This document shows, in pieces, positions 10,601 through 21,570 of a DNA stretch of 64,000 nt. A program made the translations under genes and the position numbers. Each line of letters starts with the position of its first letter. Positions within the stretch are counted from its first letter, which is position 1. The notes under the pieces are model-generated. The model worked only from the letters and a program-made list of their open reading frames with translations, did not search any database and was not told the origin of the DNA. Where the stretch lies: the IMG/VR virus record IMGVR_UViG_2840526738_000004, positions 1-64,000 of that record; one strand, given 5' to 3'. Origin of the DNA: a virus (taxonomy: Duplodnaviria > Caudoviricetes).

Positions 10601-10952
10601 GTTTTATATATTGACCTTCTGTATTGGCATATGACACGATATCATACAGGTTATGTAAACCAATATTATTTCTTGCAATCAACAATAAGTGATATCTTGT
10701 TTCTTTATATTCCTTTGTATTGTTCTTAAATGTATCGTCATCAACTTCGTAAATTTCACAAGCAGCTAAACATTTAATTCCTTTTTCTCTTGCTAATCTT
10801 TGACTTAAAATAGTAGCTGACATATTTCCATGATCAGAAATGCATACAGCAGACTGACCGTTCTCTACAGCGTAATCTACTATTTGTTCGACTGTAGCAA
10901 TAGAATCTAACAATGAATAGCAACTATGCACATGCAAGTTAGAGAATGCCAT
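7629..10952 (-). CDS. dnaE: DNA polymerase III alpha subunit, interrupted by an in-frame 6-nt CCC-TGA insert at 8643-8648
   Basis: PHP (HVHSCYS), RGSGA and DFDYD catalytic motifs and C-terminal OB fold. Junction reads S-E-Y-C-F-N-R-P-stop-G-H-A-V-A-Y in one frame; both track ORFs are halves of one gene. Confidence 0.93.
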
Positions 10953-11417
10953 TTACTTCCTCACAAAATTAAGTTTATAGCCTGAAAAACCAAAATAATG
11001 ATTATCCAAAACAAACGATACTATTTTAAATCCAAATAATTTATTATTGATTATTTTTGATTTTAACATATGGTATAAATCTTCGCTTATTTCAATCGAG
11101 TATGCTTCTTTTGTAATTCCCCATAACTCACACAATTCATGGAAATTTTTCGTAAACATTTCTATTCCTTCTAAAAAATAATTTTCTGTAAAGCATGTAC
11201 ATACACGCTCACTCTCACCTTGTATCTCAGCAAACAGTCTATCAATCTCAAAACCATTTACTACTTTTACAATTTCTTTGATATTGTCACCCATACCGCA
11301 TTTATGTTCAAATAATGGACACTCACAACAATGATAATCTTTATATTTATTACATATATCTTTTCTTACCTTCAGAAATTCTTCATCAATCAATGTTATT
11401 CCCTTTCCGTTCATCAA
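10953..11417 (-). CDS. Hypothetical protein with Cys-rich N-terminus
   Basis: C..Y..C.ECPL motif; tightly coupled to dnaE. Confidence 0.6.
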   Translation of the reverse strand: MMNGKGITLIDEEFLKVRKDICNKYKDYHCCECPLFEHKCGMGDNIKEIVKVVNGFEIDRLFAEIQGESERVCTCFTENYFLEGIEMFTKNFHELCELWGITKEAYSIEISEDLYHMLKSKIINNKLFGFKIVSFVLDNHYFGFSGYKLNFVRK

Positions 11418-11540
11418 ATTCCTTGTTCAGTTGGTGTATATGTTGGATAGCATCTTTATACAATGCATATCCAACAAAACTAAATATAAACACCAAACCT
11501 ATACTAAGGACTGTTAAAAATCCTTCCATGTTTCACCTCG

Positions 11541-12467
11541 CTAAAATAAATCCTTCTTAACTTCTTTTATCTTTTTGATAACTCCATTGTTCAATTTTCT
11601 AAAATCAATAACAGGATTTTTATTTTCCTTTACAAAATTGTATGCTTCTTCTTCAACAAACGTTTTCCAAGCTGTACAAATTAATTTTGGAATCACAACC
11701 TTACGTTCAAGATATGGATTGTCGTTAATGATCTTCTGATATTCCTTTTCGACAAAATCAGAAGTGCAATATTTTTCTACAATATCATTCTCGATTCCAC
11801 CATCAACATTTAAATTACCTGCTTTCGCTTTATTAACAACACTTGCGTGGTTATGGTATTCATCATGCAATACCTTAGCCCAAACTATGTTCCCATATTT
11901 ATTGCGATAATCATAATTTTTAATTACAATTCCTTCTCCATAAGTTCCTTTATCTGGATCAATTAAGAACATATTTGAATTCACAAGTTCTTTAATCTTA
12001 TCTACTGTCAAGTCCTTTCCATCGCCTTCCCAAATATTAGGGATGAATGGAATTCCAAGTGCTGAAAATTCAGGTTGCCATTCTGATGGATGGACATAAG
12101 CAATCTCTCCACTGTCAAATTCAACAACAACGTCAAATACATATGGTTTTTTCCACGCTTCATCTTTATATGTTCTTAATGAATGAGGAACAAGATACTC
12201 CATATACAATCTAGTCCTAGGATTATCAACAAGGAATTGTTTATACTCAGGATGTTGACTGATATAATTAATCAAACCTCTATCATTTTTGGTACCTAAT
12301 TGATATTCCTTATTTCTTCCAGCGATATGTATTTCTCCATCATCACCTAAGAATACAGTTGTATTACAACCATCAATCTTAGGTTGAACTATAACATTTC
12401 CTTCTAGGATACCTTCTGTATCTTGGGTTCCTAGTCTACAAACATGTTGATACTTCTTAAACTCCAT
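11541..12467 (-). CDS. RNA ligase (Rnl2-like nucleotidyltransferase)
   Basis: Motif I QPKIDG, EGIVIK, and AK motif V. Confidence 0.85.
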   Translation of the reverse strand: MEFKKYQHVCRLGTQDTEGILEGNVIVQPKIDGCNTTVFLGDDGEIHIAGRNKEYQLGTKNDRGLINYISQHPEYKQFLVDNPRTRLYMEYLVPHSLRTYKDEAWKKPYVFDVVVEFDSGEIAYVHPSEWQPEFSALGIPFIPNIWEGDGKDLTVDKIKELVNSNMFLIDPDKGTYGEGIVIKNYDYRNKYGNIVWAKVLHDEYHNHASVVNKAKAGNLNVDGGIENDIVEKYCTSDFVEKEYQKIINDNPYLERKVVIPKLICTAWKTFVEEEAYNFVKENKNPVIDFRKLNNGVIKKIKEVKKDLF

Positions 12468-13177
12468 TATTGCTTTTTGGCTCCTTTTTTCTTTGCTTTA
12501 GGCTTAACCTCTTTTGCCTTTACTTTACGTAAACCTAATTTTTCTATAGCCACTTCTGACCAATTTTCAAAGTTAGTTCCTTTATCAATCAAGTCGTTAA
12601 GTTCTTCCACTGACACCCATTGACCTTCAAGTTTATCAACTTCATTGATTTCTATTTCATTGCATACATTATATAGTTCAACCTCTGTCAAGATACAGAT
12701 ATGAACTCTTGATACATCTGATGAGTCATCAATAAATACATCTGATAACTTGATATTCAATTCTCCATTTAGTCCGTCATACGTGGTTTCTTCACGTAAT
12801 TCACGTTTGATACAATTAATAACTGTATTGCGGAAGTCAACGATATCATTTACACCTCTACCACGCTCATAATCAGCATGATCTACGTGTCCTCCAACAC
12901 CAATTGAGTGTTTACCTACCAATCTTGAGTCGCCTTTTAAACGCTTTGTAATGAGGTATTTACCGTCATTCTTTAACACAACATATGGAATGACCTGTCT
13001 TAAACTTGTATCAAGTTCAGCTTTGTATCTGTATTCGTAATATCCTCTTTTGGTAACAGCGTTCTCTAACGCTTTCATGGGACTTTCTCCAACTCTCAAC
13101 CATGATTCATAATAATCGTTTTCTACGACCAGTACCTTTTCATTTCCGTATTTCTGTTTTAATTCTTGTTCAGTCAT
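12467..13177 (-). CDS. NUDIX-like phosphoesterase
   Basis: RQVIPY, SIGVGGHV and RELREET Nudix-box-like helix. Confidence 0.8.
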   Translation of the reverse strand: MTEQELKQKYGNEKVLVVENDYYESWLRVGESPMKALENAVTKRGYYEYRYKAELDTSLRQVIPYVVLKNDGKYLITKRLKGDSRLVGKHSIGVGGHVDHADYERGRGVNDIVDFRNTVINCIKRELREETTYDGLNGELNIKLSDVFIDDSSDVSRVHICILTEVELYNVCNEIEINEVDKLEGQWVSVEELNDLIDKGTNFENWSEVAIEKLGLRKVKAKEVKPKAKKKGAKKQ

Positions 13178-13186
13178 GTTCCTCCT

Positions 13187-14164
13187 TTATATTTTGACCG
13201 TATTTTCTTTAGGCAACGGTATATCCTTTCTCAAATAAAACTGTGCATCATCACATCTTAAATCACCATAATATCCAAACGGACACCAGCTACAGATCGG
13301 CGAGCATTTACTCTCATAACTAAGGTTCTCAGGTTGATACATTCGTCTAAATGCCTCAATCAGCTCATTATTGATATCTTCAATCGTACGCTGTTTATCT
13401 TTAAGCTGACCCTTTTTAGCACCAGTCTTGAAGTAAGTTTTATTAGCTACACTATCATTCAGTGCCAATGGTACAACATCCTGCAACTTATCAAAACGTG
13501 TGAAGTAATAAGCACATCTCGTTGGCAGTACTCCAAACTTTTCATAAATGACAAGTGAATATATAGGTAACTGTAAGTTATGTTTAAGTTTTGCTGGTTT
13601 AAACAATGACTTACCTGTCTTATGGTCTATTACGATATATTCACCTGTTTTCTTATCTCTAAGCACCAAGTCAATAAATCCATTCAAGTAGACCTCGTTA
13701 TATTTCTCATCTGCGAACAATACAGTGAATGGAAGATCTACTTTCAATCTGAACTCCATTTCCTGTGCTACAACGTCGCATTTATCTAGTAATTCTGCCA
13801 GTTCTCCGTCGCAAGTGATAAATCCTTTCATCATCTGTTTGTGTGTTTCTAGCAGTTCACTTTCTGTTTCTTTATCAAAGTACATTTCACGTTTACTTAG
13901 ATTTTCTTCAACTAAGTCCTGTACTTCACCTATTGTCCATTGATATCCTTCTGATAATTTCTTACAATACTCTTCAATGCTTGCATGTATCTGCGTTCCA
14001 AATTGCGTAGCATCTGAGTCACTATATTCCCCAAGTCCTAACAAGTATTGATATTTCCATCGACGTGGGCAATCCAAGAAAGTTGACAGCTGTGAATATG
14101 ACACTGCCAATACTTTCTTAGTTACTCCATTTATGTCGAACTCTTTGAAGATTTTAGTTTTCAT
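13187..14164 (-). CDS. PD-(D/E)XK nuclease (RecB/Cas4-like exonuclease)
   Basis: SYSQL...CPRRW, GFIDLV, IDHKTG, QL..Y, and C-terminal C..CPF...C Fe-S ligands. Confidence 0.9.
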   Translation of the reverse strand: MKTKIFKEFDINGVTKKVLAVSYSQLSTFLDCPRRWKYQYLLGLGEYSDSDATQFGTQIHASIEEYCKKLSEGYQWTIGEVQDLVEENLSKREMYFDKETESELLETHKQMMKGFITCDGELAELLDKCDVVAQEMEFRLKVDLPFTVLFADEKYNEVYLNGFIDLVLRDKKTGEYIVIDHKTGKSLFKPAKLKHNLQLPIYSLVIYEKFGVLPTRCAYYFTRFDKLQDVVPLALNDSVANKTYFKTGAKKGQLKDKQRTIEDINNELIEAFRRMYQPENLSYESKCSPICSWCPFGYYGDLRCDDAQFYLRKDIPLPKENTVKI

Positions 14165-14366
14165 TTAGAACCTTTCCATGGATTAAGAATTTTGGAACTG
14201 AAACTACTTCTGTTCTGAATGTTCCCCATGCTGTAATACCTCTAACCTTAATCAGGCATAATAACTTACCCATTGTTATAATTTGTCCTTTCCATATACC
14301 GCTTTCAAAGTCAAGGTTAATCATTCTAAAGTAAACCATATCTCCACATTTTATATTATCAGACAC
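14154..14366 (-). CDS. Hypothetical protein
   Basis: Short coupled ORF. Confidence 0.5.
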   Translation of the reverse strand: MSDNIKCGDMVYFRMINLDFESGIWKGQIITMGKLLCLIKVRGITAWGTFRTEVVSVPKFLIHGKVLNEN

Positions 14367-14676
14367 CGAAGTCCTCCAATGTTGTTTGCCCTTCTACTGG
14401 TTCATTCTTGGATTTTTCAATTACTGGCTCGTAATCCTCATAAAATGCATAGTCGCTCATAACAACCCAAAATATTTCCTTAGATAATTCATTCGCAACT
14501 CCGACTACATAATCAGTATCTCTAATTCGATATGCACGATCATTGCGGAATACATAATATTCTCCATTAAGCTCAATAACATCTTCACTTTCGATTAAAT
14601 CTTTTAACCACTGAGGTTCCTCTCCTTCATGGTACTGATATGCTTCTACATATTCTGGTTTTCTTTTGTACTTCAC
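14359..14676 (-). CDS. Diverged paralog of the 2355-2660 family
   Basis: MKYKRKPEYVEAYQY...DTDYVV...F.EDYE aligns by eye with KARKKPVEVEAFQY...GDYVI...FEKTY. Confidence 0.55.
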   Translation of the reverse strand: MKYKRKPEYVEAYQYHEGEEPQWLKDLIESEDVIELNGEYYVFRNDRAYRIRDTDYVVGVANELSKEIFWVVMSDYAFYEDYEPVIEKSKNEPVEGQTTLEDFGV

Positions 14677-14701
14677 TTGCTGTCCTTTCCTTTACTACAC
14701 C

Positions 14702-15574
14702 TTATTTCTTATCTGTTACAACTGTTCCAGCACCATTAACAGTAACCCAACCATGTTTTAAACGTGCTTCTGCTTCTTTCATCTTGATCAATTCTGGTGT
14801 GATTGACTGTGATTTCAATTTATTAGCTTCTGCTTCTCCTTTAGCCTTTTCAATTGCTACAGCAGCTTCACCTTCAGCTTTAACTTTGTTAGTTTCTGCT
14901 TGTTTCTGTGCTGTAACAAGGTCTAATTCAGCCTTTTCAGCATCCTGTTTAGCCTGTTCTTTAGCTTTAACTTTCTTCATCAATTCATCATCTAACTGAA
15001 CGTCAATGATATTCACTGATGACACTTTAATACCATATTCATCCAACAGCTTTTCAGTTAAGTATTTAGAAATACTTTCTCCAACTAAGCTACGTTTCTC
15101 GCTGTAGATATCCATAACAGAGAACTGTGGTGTAACATCTTTGATGTATGAAATAATCTGGTTCTGGACACGATTTTCAACGATATCTTCGCCATCCATT
15201 CCACCGAAATTCTCATATAGTTTTACGACCTTATCAGCCTCAAAGTTATAATTAATACTTACATTAAGTTTTACCATACCACCGTCTGCTGGTGCATCTA
15301 CATGCCAGTCTTGGTGTTCATCTTTATTGTAATCAGCTGGATTATTACTCAATACCAACTGCTGTTGTTTTACTGGGAACTGTTTTACTTTCAACAATGG
15401 ATTAATGAAGTGATAACCTGTTGTTAACACATCTTCCTGAACTCCATCACTCATTGAATATACGACACCAACATTCCCTACATCTACTTTCTCGAATGAA
15501 GCAACTCCATATATTGCTCCTACTACTGCTCCAGCGATTACAACTCCAGCTAAAACACTACCTGTTTTATTCAT
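14702..15574 (-). CDS. SPFH/prohibitin (band 7) membrane protein
   Basis: N-terminal TM helix, VDVGNVGVVY, TTGYHFINP, and a coiled-coil tail with AEGEA. Confidence 0.92.
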   Translation of the reverse strand: MNKTGSVLAGVVIAGAVVGAIYGVASFEKVDVGNVGVVYSMSDGVQEDVLTTGYHFINPLLKVKQFPVKQQQLVLSNNPADYNKDEHQDWHVDAPADGGMVKLNVSINYNFEADKVVKLYENFGGMDGEDIVENRVQNQIISYIKDVTPQFSVMDIYSEKRSLVGESISKYLTEKLLDEYGIKVSSVNIIDVQLDDELMKKVKAKEQAKQDAEKAELDLVTAQKQAETNKVKAEGEAAVAIEKAKGEAEANKLKSQSITPELIKMKEAEARLKHGWVTVNGAGTVVTDKK

Positions 15575-15721
15575 TTAAATTACCTTTCCTTTCTTGCTCC
15601 TTTTGAGCTTCATATTTATCATTTGATTTTTTAATTTGAATAATTACTTGGTTGAATACTAATGCAACAAATGAGAAAACTAGCAATAGTCCAACAAAAA
15701 TTCCTAAACCTATCAACCACA

Positions 15722-16334
15722 TTATTTATCTTCTGACTCCATATTTGGTTTCTTAATTTCTTGTATCTTATTTTTAATTTGCTTTGAGAAAATAATGCAC
15801 ATAACCAATGCTAAAATCAGTGTGAATGGCACAAATACCTTCCATAGTAAGACGAATAAACATATGAAGATTGTTGTTAAGAATGATAAAAATGGAACAC
15901 CAATTACAACCACAAATAACATTATTTTCATATCTCCCATGTCGAAATCTTCAAATTTTTCATCTTCCTCAAAATCGTGTCTAATACCCCATGCAGTCAA
16001 TAGCTCACTTAATATAGTTACTACAATAAATACTACTAGAAACATCTTCATGTTACTGTATCTCCTTCTTCAACCATTCTGTGATATCCTTAAATACGTC
16101 ACTTGGTTTCTTCTTGAATATAAAGTAATAACATCCAAGAACTAACAACGTTATCGGTACACTTAGAAAAGCTAAACCACTAAATACGATTCCACCAAAC
16201 AATGTCATCAAGAGTATAAGGAATACATCAAAACCATCAGTACGTTCAGTGTGATATTTTCTAAATAGAACCATTTCATAAATCAACGACATAAATGTAG
16301 CAATAGTTGCAATAATTCCCATAAATGTGTCCAT
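15722..16334 (-). CDS. Two small integral membrane proteins (15722-16051, 16053-16334)
   Basis: Multiple hydrophobic segments. Confidence 0.65.
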
Positions 16335-16336
16335 AG

Positions 16337-17062
16337 TTAATCCTCCAACATGATTAAATCTTTCGCATATGGAAGTGTTTTAATCCAGTCACAGAAACCT
16401 TCATGTGCGTTTAGCTGAGAATATTCTTGTCCTTCTATGACCATGATATTTTCACTCCACTCATCTAACTTGTGATTACGTCTTGCAAAGTAGATGTTAC
16501 GCAATACTTCATAATTCAATGTAACTGTGCGTTTCTGGTTGTAACTTGATGGAAGTAGCTGAATCATCTGCCACCAATATTTTTTATCTTTGGTTTCAAG
16601 ATATTTTTTTCTACATAGATTAAGTGTATCTATTATGAGTTCCATAACGTCATTTGGCGTAGCCCATTCAGAACCACAAGAAACAGCAATTCCATCATCA
16701 ATTAAATGCTCGCAACTAAAATCTTCCAACATAAATTCCTTCTTATGAATACAATGCATCGTACTACAGCTATTAGCAACAGTACCAACCTTATATGTAT
16801 CAAATTCTTTCCACCAATATAACGGAGCAGTAATATCCACACTTACCATAATTTGTCGCATGAACTTTCTATGGTCAGAACCAGCTTTAATCAATCGTTG
16901 CATTAAATTTATGTCATTATCTCCAATAAAATATTCACTACCTTGAAAGCGTGCATCGTCACATGTAAAAGTATCACTCTTATCCCAACTCTCTAACGGA
17001 TTTCTCATACCTCTTATTGCATGTCCAAAACCCCAAACTTCTGTATCTTCAAATTTAATCAT
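16337..17062 (-). CDS. ThyX-related phage protein (flavin-dependent thymidylate synthase-like)
   Basis: HAIRGMRNP, HRKFMRQI, APLYWWKEFDTY, SCSTMH, LLPSSYNQ, R.HKL.EW: a recalled family distantly ThyX-like. Confidence 0.6.
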   Translation of the reverse strand: MIKFEDTEVWGFGHAIRGMRNPLESWDKSDTFTCDDARFQGSEYFIGDNDINLMQRLIKAGSDHRKFMRQIMVSVDITAPLYWWKEFDTYKVGTVANSCSTMHCIHKKEFMLEDFSCEHLIDDGIAVSCGSEWATPNDVMELIIDTLNLCRKKYLETKDKKYWWQMIQLLPSSYNQKRTVTLNYEVLRNIYFARRNHKLDEWSENIMVIEGQEYSQLNAHEGFCDWIKTLPYAKDLIMLED

Positions 17063-18205
17063 TACTATCTCCTACCTCATGTAAAACTTCTTCTGCGTTA
17101 TCTTTCATATATTCTGCTAATTTCATATATCCATTAGTGTTTGTATCTTCATCAAAACCTCTATAGCTCACCCTTGCTGGATATACATTTAATGTGTTAC
17201 CAACACGTTCAAAAATTATAGCCCAGCCAAATGCATGTAATATCATATTTACGAACCACAGCAATCCACTTTCCTGAAATTCATTCCATGTTTTACGTCT
17301 AATCAAAATACCAACTCCTCTAGTACCATATACTCATCAGTTGATAGCTCAACATTAACCCCAGTTTTTGTGTTTACAAAATTATCTTTTCCATCTACGC
17401 ACTTTAAAAACTTATTATTAGCAGTAACAGAATACCCTAATGGTCTTAAAATATCATCAGCTGTTATGACATACTCACCAGCTTTCGCTTGACGATTTAC
17501 CTTCTTATATTCTTTATAATTTTCAAGCACATATCCTTCGTCCGATGATACATGGCAAACACTTCCATCTGCTATGTTTACACCATTAAAACATTGATAT
17601 TTAGAATATTTATCAAATTCTTTTACTGATATGACATCACCATATTTATATTTATTTTGTGTACATCTTGGATTATTAACAAAGAAATAATCTCCTACCT
17701 TTACTTCTCTATTCGTGCCAGTATATGAATACGTAAACCCATAGCCACGTCCAAACGTTCTCGCCAATTCGATATCAGATTCTTCTTCATTCTCAACAAC
17801 AGATTCTTCTTTATGTTCAACATTAAACCCATTATCTTCGAGGATCTTTCTGATATCTTTATATCTATAACCATGTTTCTTTAACAAACACATCATTAAT
17901 CCTTTTTCAATATCAAACTTTTCTCCATGACATTTTGATACGAACTTATCACCGTTATCATCCCAATAAACTGTCACATTGTCATTTACCAATAATTTGT
18001 TAGGTGCCATCATTTTCTTGAAATGTTCTGGGTGTAAACTATACCATTTATCCCCTATTTTTCCTTCCTTACATCTTAATGTTTCAATCTCAATTGAAAA
18101 ATCTCTATTAATTTTTATAACTCTTCCGATGAATTCATTATCCAAATTAGTAAATCCATAGAAATTATCTATTGCCTTTATTACATCTCCAACTTTAAAT
18201 TTCAT
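17055..18205 (-). CDS. Hypothetical proteins (17055-17306; modular 17303-18205)
   Basis: Coupled ORFs; the larger shares modules with 21542-22471. Confidence 0.6.
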
Positions 18206-18219
18206 TAAATTCCTTTCCG

Positions 18220-19212
18220 TTAAATTTCTTCCAGATCGTCTACTAAGTCAAACATTGATTCATCATCTAAATCTGCAATACTGTCCTTTTCAACGTCTGA
18301 ATACCGTTCCATTGGAAGCTTTACAACTTCCACAAATTTATAACATTTGTTATAAACCTTTTGATTTAATATCTTTCCAGCATCATCATTATCTCCACAC
18401 ACAACTATCTTCACACCGAGTTTAAGCAGTAATGTTACCTGTTCTTCTGATACGCTACTTCCCATGCATGCTACAGCATTTTTGTATCCCCATTCATGTA
18501 ATTTCATTACCGACTTAAACCCTTCAACCAAGATTACAAACCCATACTTTACAACCTCGTTTTTTGCTCTTGAATAATTGAATAATGTCAATGTTTTCTT
18601 AGTGTCACCAACAATACGATATCTTGGTTCACTTCCGTCAATTGACCTACCTGATACGCTCAATATTTGACCATCAGGACTGTCAATTGGGAATGTTACT
18701 CTGTCTTTAACTGAACCATCAATTCCAAAACCTATATTGAAGTAGTTCAATGTTTCATCTTTGAAACCTTGTTCCAATATATAAGGATGATGATAGTCAA
18801 CTATATCGTTCAAGATGATCCCTGATACTGGTTCGATATCTTTACGTTTCTTCTTTTTGCTTTTAATAAGTGTGTCTAGTAATTTCATTTTATTCCTAGC
18901 TTCTATTTTCTCTTGTGTTATCTCAATCGCACTATCTTCAAGCTTGACTTTGTTTTTCAGCCATTTGACAGCATCACTATAGTTTAATGATAATTGTTTC
19001 TTTACAACATCAATAACTGTGTACGATCTATGACATTCGCTGAAACAGTAGAACTTTAAATTCTTGTATTTAAGATTGTTCTTAACTCCTCCATGAAACA
19101 TACAAGGCATTGACAACCAGTCATTCTCTCTAACAAAGTCAATCTCTAAATCGTCAAGAATATCCTCAATTACTTCGTCACACTTTTCAATCAATAACTT
19201 AGTATCTATCAC
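18220..19212 (-). CDS. dnaG: DNA primase (CHC2 zinc finger + TOPRIM)
   Basis: CMFH...CFSEC, SGR, LVEGFKSV, GDNDDAG. Confidence 0.93.
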   Translation of the reverse strand: MIDTKLLIEKCDEVIEDILDDLEIDFVRENDWLSMPCMFHGGVKNNLKYKNLKFYCFSECHRSYTVIDVVKKQLSLNYSDAVKWLKNKVKLEDSAIEITQEKIEARNKMKLLDTLIKSKKKKRKDIEPVSGIILNDIVDYHHPYILEQGFKDETLNYFNIGFGIDGSVKDRVTFPIDSPDGQILSVSGRSIDGSEPRYRIVGDTKKTLTLFNYSRAKNEVVKYGFVILVEGFKSVMKLHEWGYKNAVACMGSSVSEEQVTLLLKLGVKIVVCGDNDDAGKILNQKVYNKCYKFVEVVKLPMERYSDVEKDSIADLDDESMFDLVDDLEEI

Positions 19213-19229
19213 ATATATTCGTTCACATC

Positions 19230-19439
19230 CTAGTCGTTATCTATTTCAACAACTTCATATCTATGCTTTACAAGAGAGTTATTTTGCAAGCAGCGATATA
19301 CTGTCGTCTTTGATACTTCTAAAAACTTACATAGTCCTGATAGTCTAAATATACCTAACACTATATCTTTGTCTTGTGTGTCATATACAGCATAATATTT
19401 AGACATCATCCTCATCTTCCTCGTAAGACTCATCTTCAA
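19230..19439 (-). CDS. Small HTH protein
   Basis: LCKFLEVSKTTVYRCL helix-turn-helix. Confidence 0.55.
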   Translation of the reverse strand: MKMSLTRKMRMMSKYYAVYDTQDKDIVLGIFRLSGLCKFLEVSKTTVYRCLQNNSLVKHRYEVVEIDND

Positions 19440-20799
19440 GAAGTCCTAATGCATATTGATTATCAATAGCTTCTTCAAACACCGCCTTACTTTTGTCAAA
19501 TTTGAAATTAATACCTTTTGACTCATCTTCCATATTTACACCATTACGATTTTCCTTAACAAATATGTACATGTTTCCGCCAACATCAATTCCTAAATCA
19601 TCTGCAATCTGCTCTTTTGACTTCTTTACAAAATAACAAATGGTTGAAGCGTATTGTTTAATCTGGTTACTTCCCCAAATTCTCAATCCACCTTCGGCTT
19701 TTGAATAGTCTGAGGTCTGAGCCATAGCAACTACAGCAAGTTCTAACTCTCCAGCAACTTGATTTTTAAGGAAGTTTGTAAGGTTAGCTAATTCAGTATT
19801 TTCTTTCTTCTTTTCACTAACATTTTCAACTTTCAAGTAATCCCAAACGACCATCTTCAAGTTAGCTTGTTTCTTCAATCGTTTGATTTCGTTATACACA
19901 TCATTTTGTGACCAACCAGCAGTGTACTGATGATAAATCGGGCACTCTGATATCATATCCAATGTTTCATTGTACTTTTTAACCGCCCATTCATATTTCT
20001 TGTAATGACCTTTTTTGATAAAGTTAAAGTTTACATTCATGATTTTAGCAGCTAGTCTTGAAGTGAATGTTTCATCTGTCAACTCAGTATCAACGACTAA
20101 CATCGGTATCTTGTTTACGACTGAAAGGTTATAGATCATATCAACAACCCACTGTGATTTTCCGAATTTAGCTGGTGCTGAATAGATTACCAATTCTCCA
20201 ACTTCATATGTAAAGAACTTATCTAGTGTTTGATATCCTGTAGGAAAACCACTAAATTCTGTAGTTGTATATCTATCAAGTTTCTTACGTATCTTGTCCA
20301 TTCTATCTCCAAGTTTTACTATCTTGTTTCCAGCTGTAAAATCACTTCTAACATCCATTAATTGACCTTCTAAGGTGTCATACAGCTCTTTTACGGTCAT
20401 TTCTTTCTCAGTATCAAGAGTTGTTTGGGCATACAGTAAAACATCTCTTAAACGGTCTTTAAAGGCGCATTTGATAACGTTATTTACATGAGGTTTCAAG
20501 TCATCATATGTGTAATCCTCACCTAATTCTTGAAGTTTATCTAGGTATTCTATACCGTCATTTTGCTCTAACATTTTATTGTAATCAGCATTTGACGATA
20601 CAAAGGCAAAGATGTCTGCAATTGAAATGCTTTCGGCTCCACCTTTGTATAAGATGTTAATAACTGTATACAGCATTTTGTCTAACTTATTACTAAAGTA
20701 TCCAACTTTTAAATCTTTCAACTCCAACAACAAGCTGACATCATTTATCAAAGCACCAATGATGATATCTTCTGAAAGTGATGATGTATATAAGCGCAT
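19399..20799 (-). CDS. dnaB: Replicative helicase (DnaB family)
   Basis: Walker A APAKFGKS, VDTE, VVWDYLK, MAQ, KENRNG. Confidence 0.92.
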   Translation of the reverse strand: MRLYTSSLSEDIIIGALINDVSLLLELKDLKVGYFSNKLDKMLYTVINILYKGGAESISIADIFAFVSSNADYNKMLEQNDGIEYLDKLQELGEDYTYDDLKPHVNNVIKCAFKDRLRDVLLYAQTTLDTEKEMTVKELYDTLEGQLMDVRSDFTAGNKIVKLGDRMDKIRKKLDRYTTTEFSGFPTGYQTLDKFFTYEVGELVIYSAPAKFGKSQWVVDMIYNLSVVNKIPMLVVDTELTDETFTSRLAAKIMNVNFNFIKKGHYKKYEWAVKKYNETLDMISECPIYHQYTAGWSQNDVYNEIKRLKKQANLKMVVWDYLKVENVSEKKKENTELANLTNFLKNQVAGELELAVVAMAQTSDYSKAEGGLRIWGSNQIKQYASTICYFVKKSKEQIADDLGIDVGGNMYIFVKENRNGVNMEDESKGINFKFDKSKAVFEEAIDNQYALGLLEDESYEEDEDDV

Positions 20800-20934
20800 T
20801 ATTCAAAGTCCTTTACTGTCATTTTCCATGGACAGTGGAAGAAAACAATATATTTTCCTTTACAACACGTTACATGAAAATCTGTTATAACTCCTTTGTT
20901 CTTATTCCTGAATTCTATAAAGTTATCAATCTGT

Positions 20935-21570
20935 TTATTGTTTAGTTTCAGTTTGTGGTACATCTAAACCTGTTTCCTCCCGTAATTCCTGATATGCTCT
21001 AGCTTGATTATCAATAACGTTATCAACCATTTTCATTACTTCCAAGAATGTATCTTCAAGGTCTTTTGAGTTGTCAATTACATAATCAAACTTTGACAAA
21101 TCAGGTGTTGTCGCAATTTGTTCTGATTCATGTTTAGCTACATCTCCCCTTAAACCATGTTTATTTTTATTATCAATATATACGTTAACGATTGATAGAT
21201 AATGGTTATATGGTTCAGGTCGCATTTCGTTTTCAAAACGTGCATCAGTTACAATAAAATATTTAGTGTTACTCATCATAGATACAATTAAATCCCAAAC
21301 TACATGAACAAAGTAATCTTCGTTATTCTGTCTAATAACATCTCCAACGTTTTGTAGAATTGCTCTGTCTTTGTCCTTATCTCTATATCCATAGTTACGC
21401 ACGCAGATATCTTTTAAAACATCTGCATACGCAAGCTGAATAGATGAACTTTCATATTTGCTTTTTAACAGTTGTTGAATCATGACTGCAACTGTATCTT
21501 TACCTGACTGTGCTTTTCCAGTTAATACAAATACTACATTTCTAAGCATCAGGGAACCTCTCTGGATCAT
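20935..21570 (-). CDS. Deoxynucleoside monophosphate kinase
   Basis: LTGKAQSGKDTVA, AYAD.LK, R.ILQ.VGD, VTDARFENE, H.SE. Confidence 0.88.
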   Translation of the reverse strand: MIQRGSLMLRNVVFVLTGKAQSGKDTVAVMIQQLLKSKYESSSIQLAYADVLKDICVRNYGYRDKDKDRAILQNVGDVIRQNNEDYFVHVVWDLIVSMMSNTKYFIVTDARFENEMRPEPYNHYLSIVNVYIDNKNKHGLRGDVAKHESEQIATTPDLSKFDYVIDNSKDLEDTFLEVMKMVDNVIDNQARAYQELREETGLDVPQTETKQ

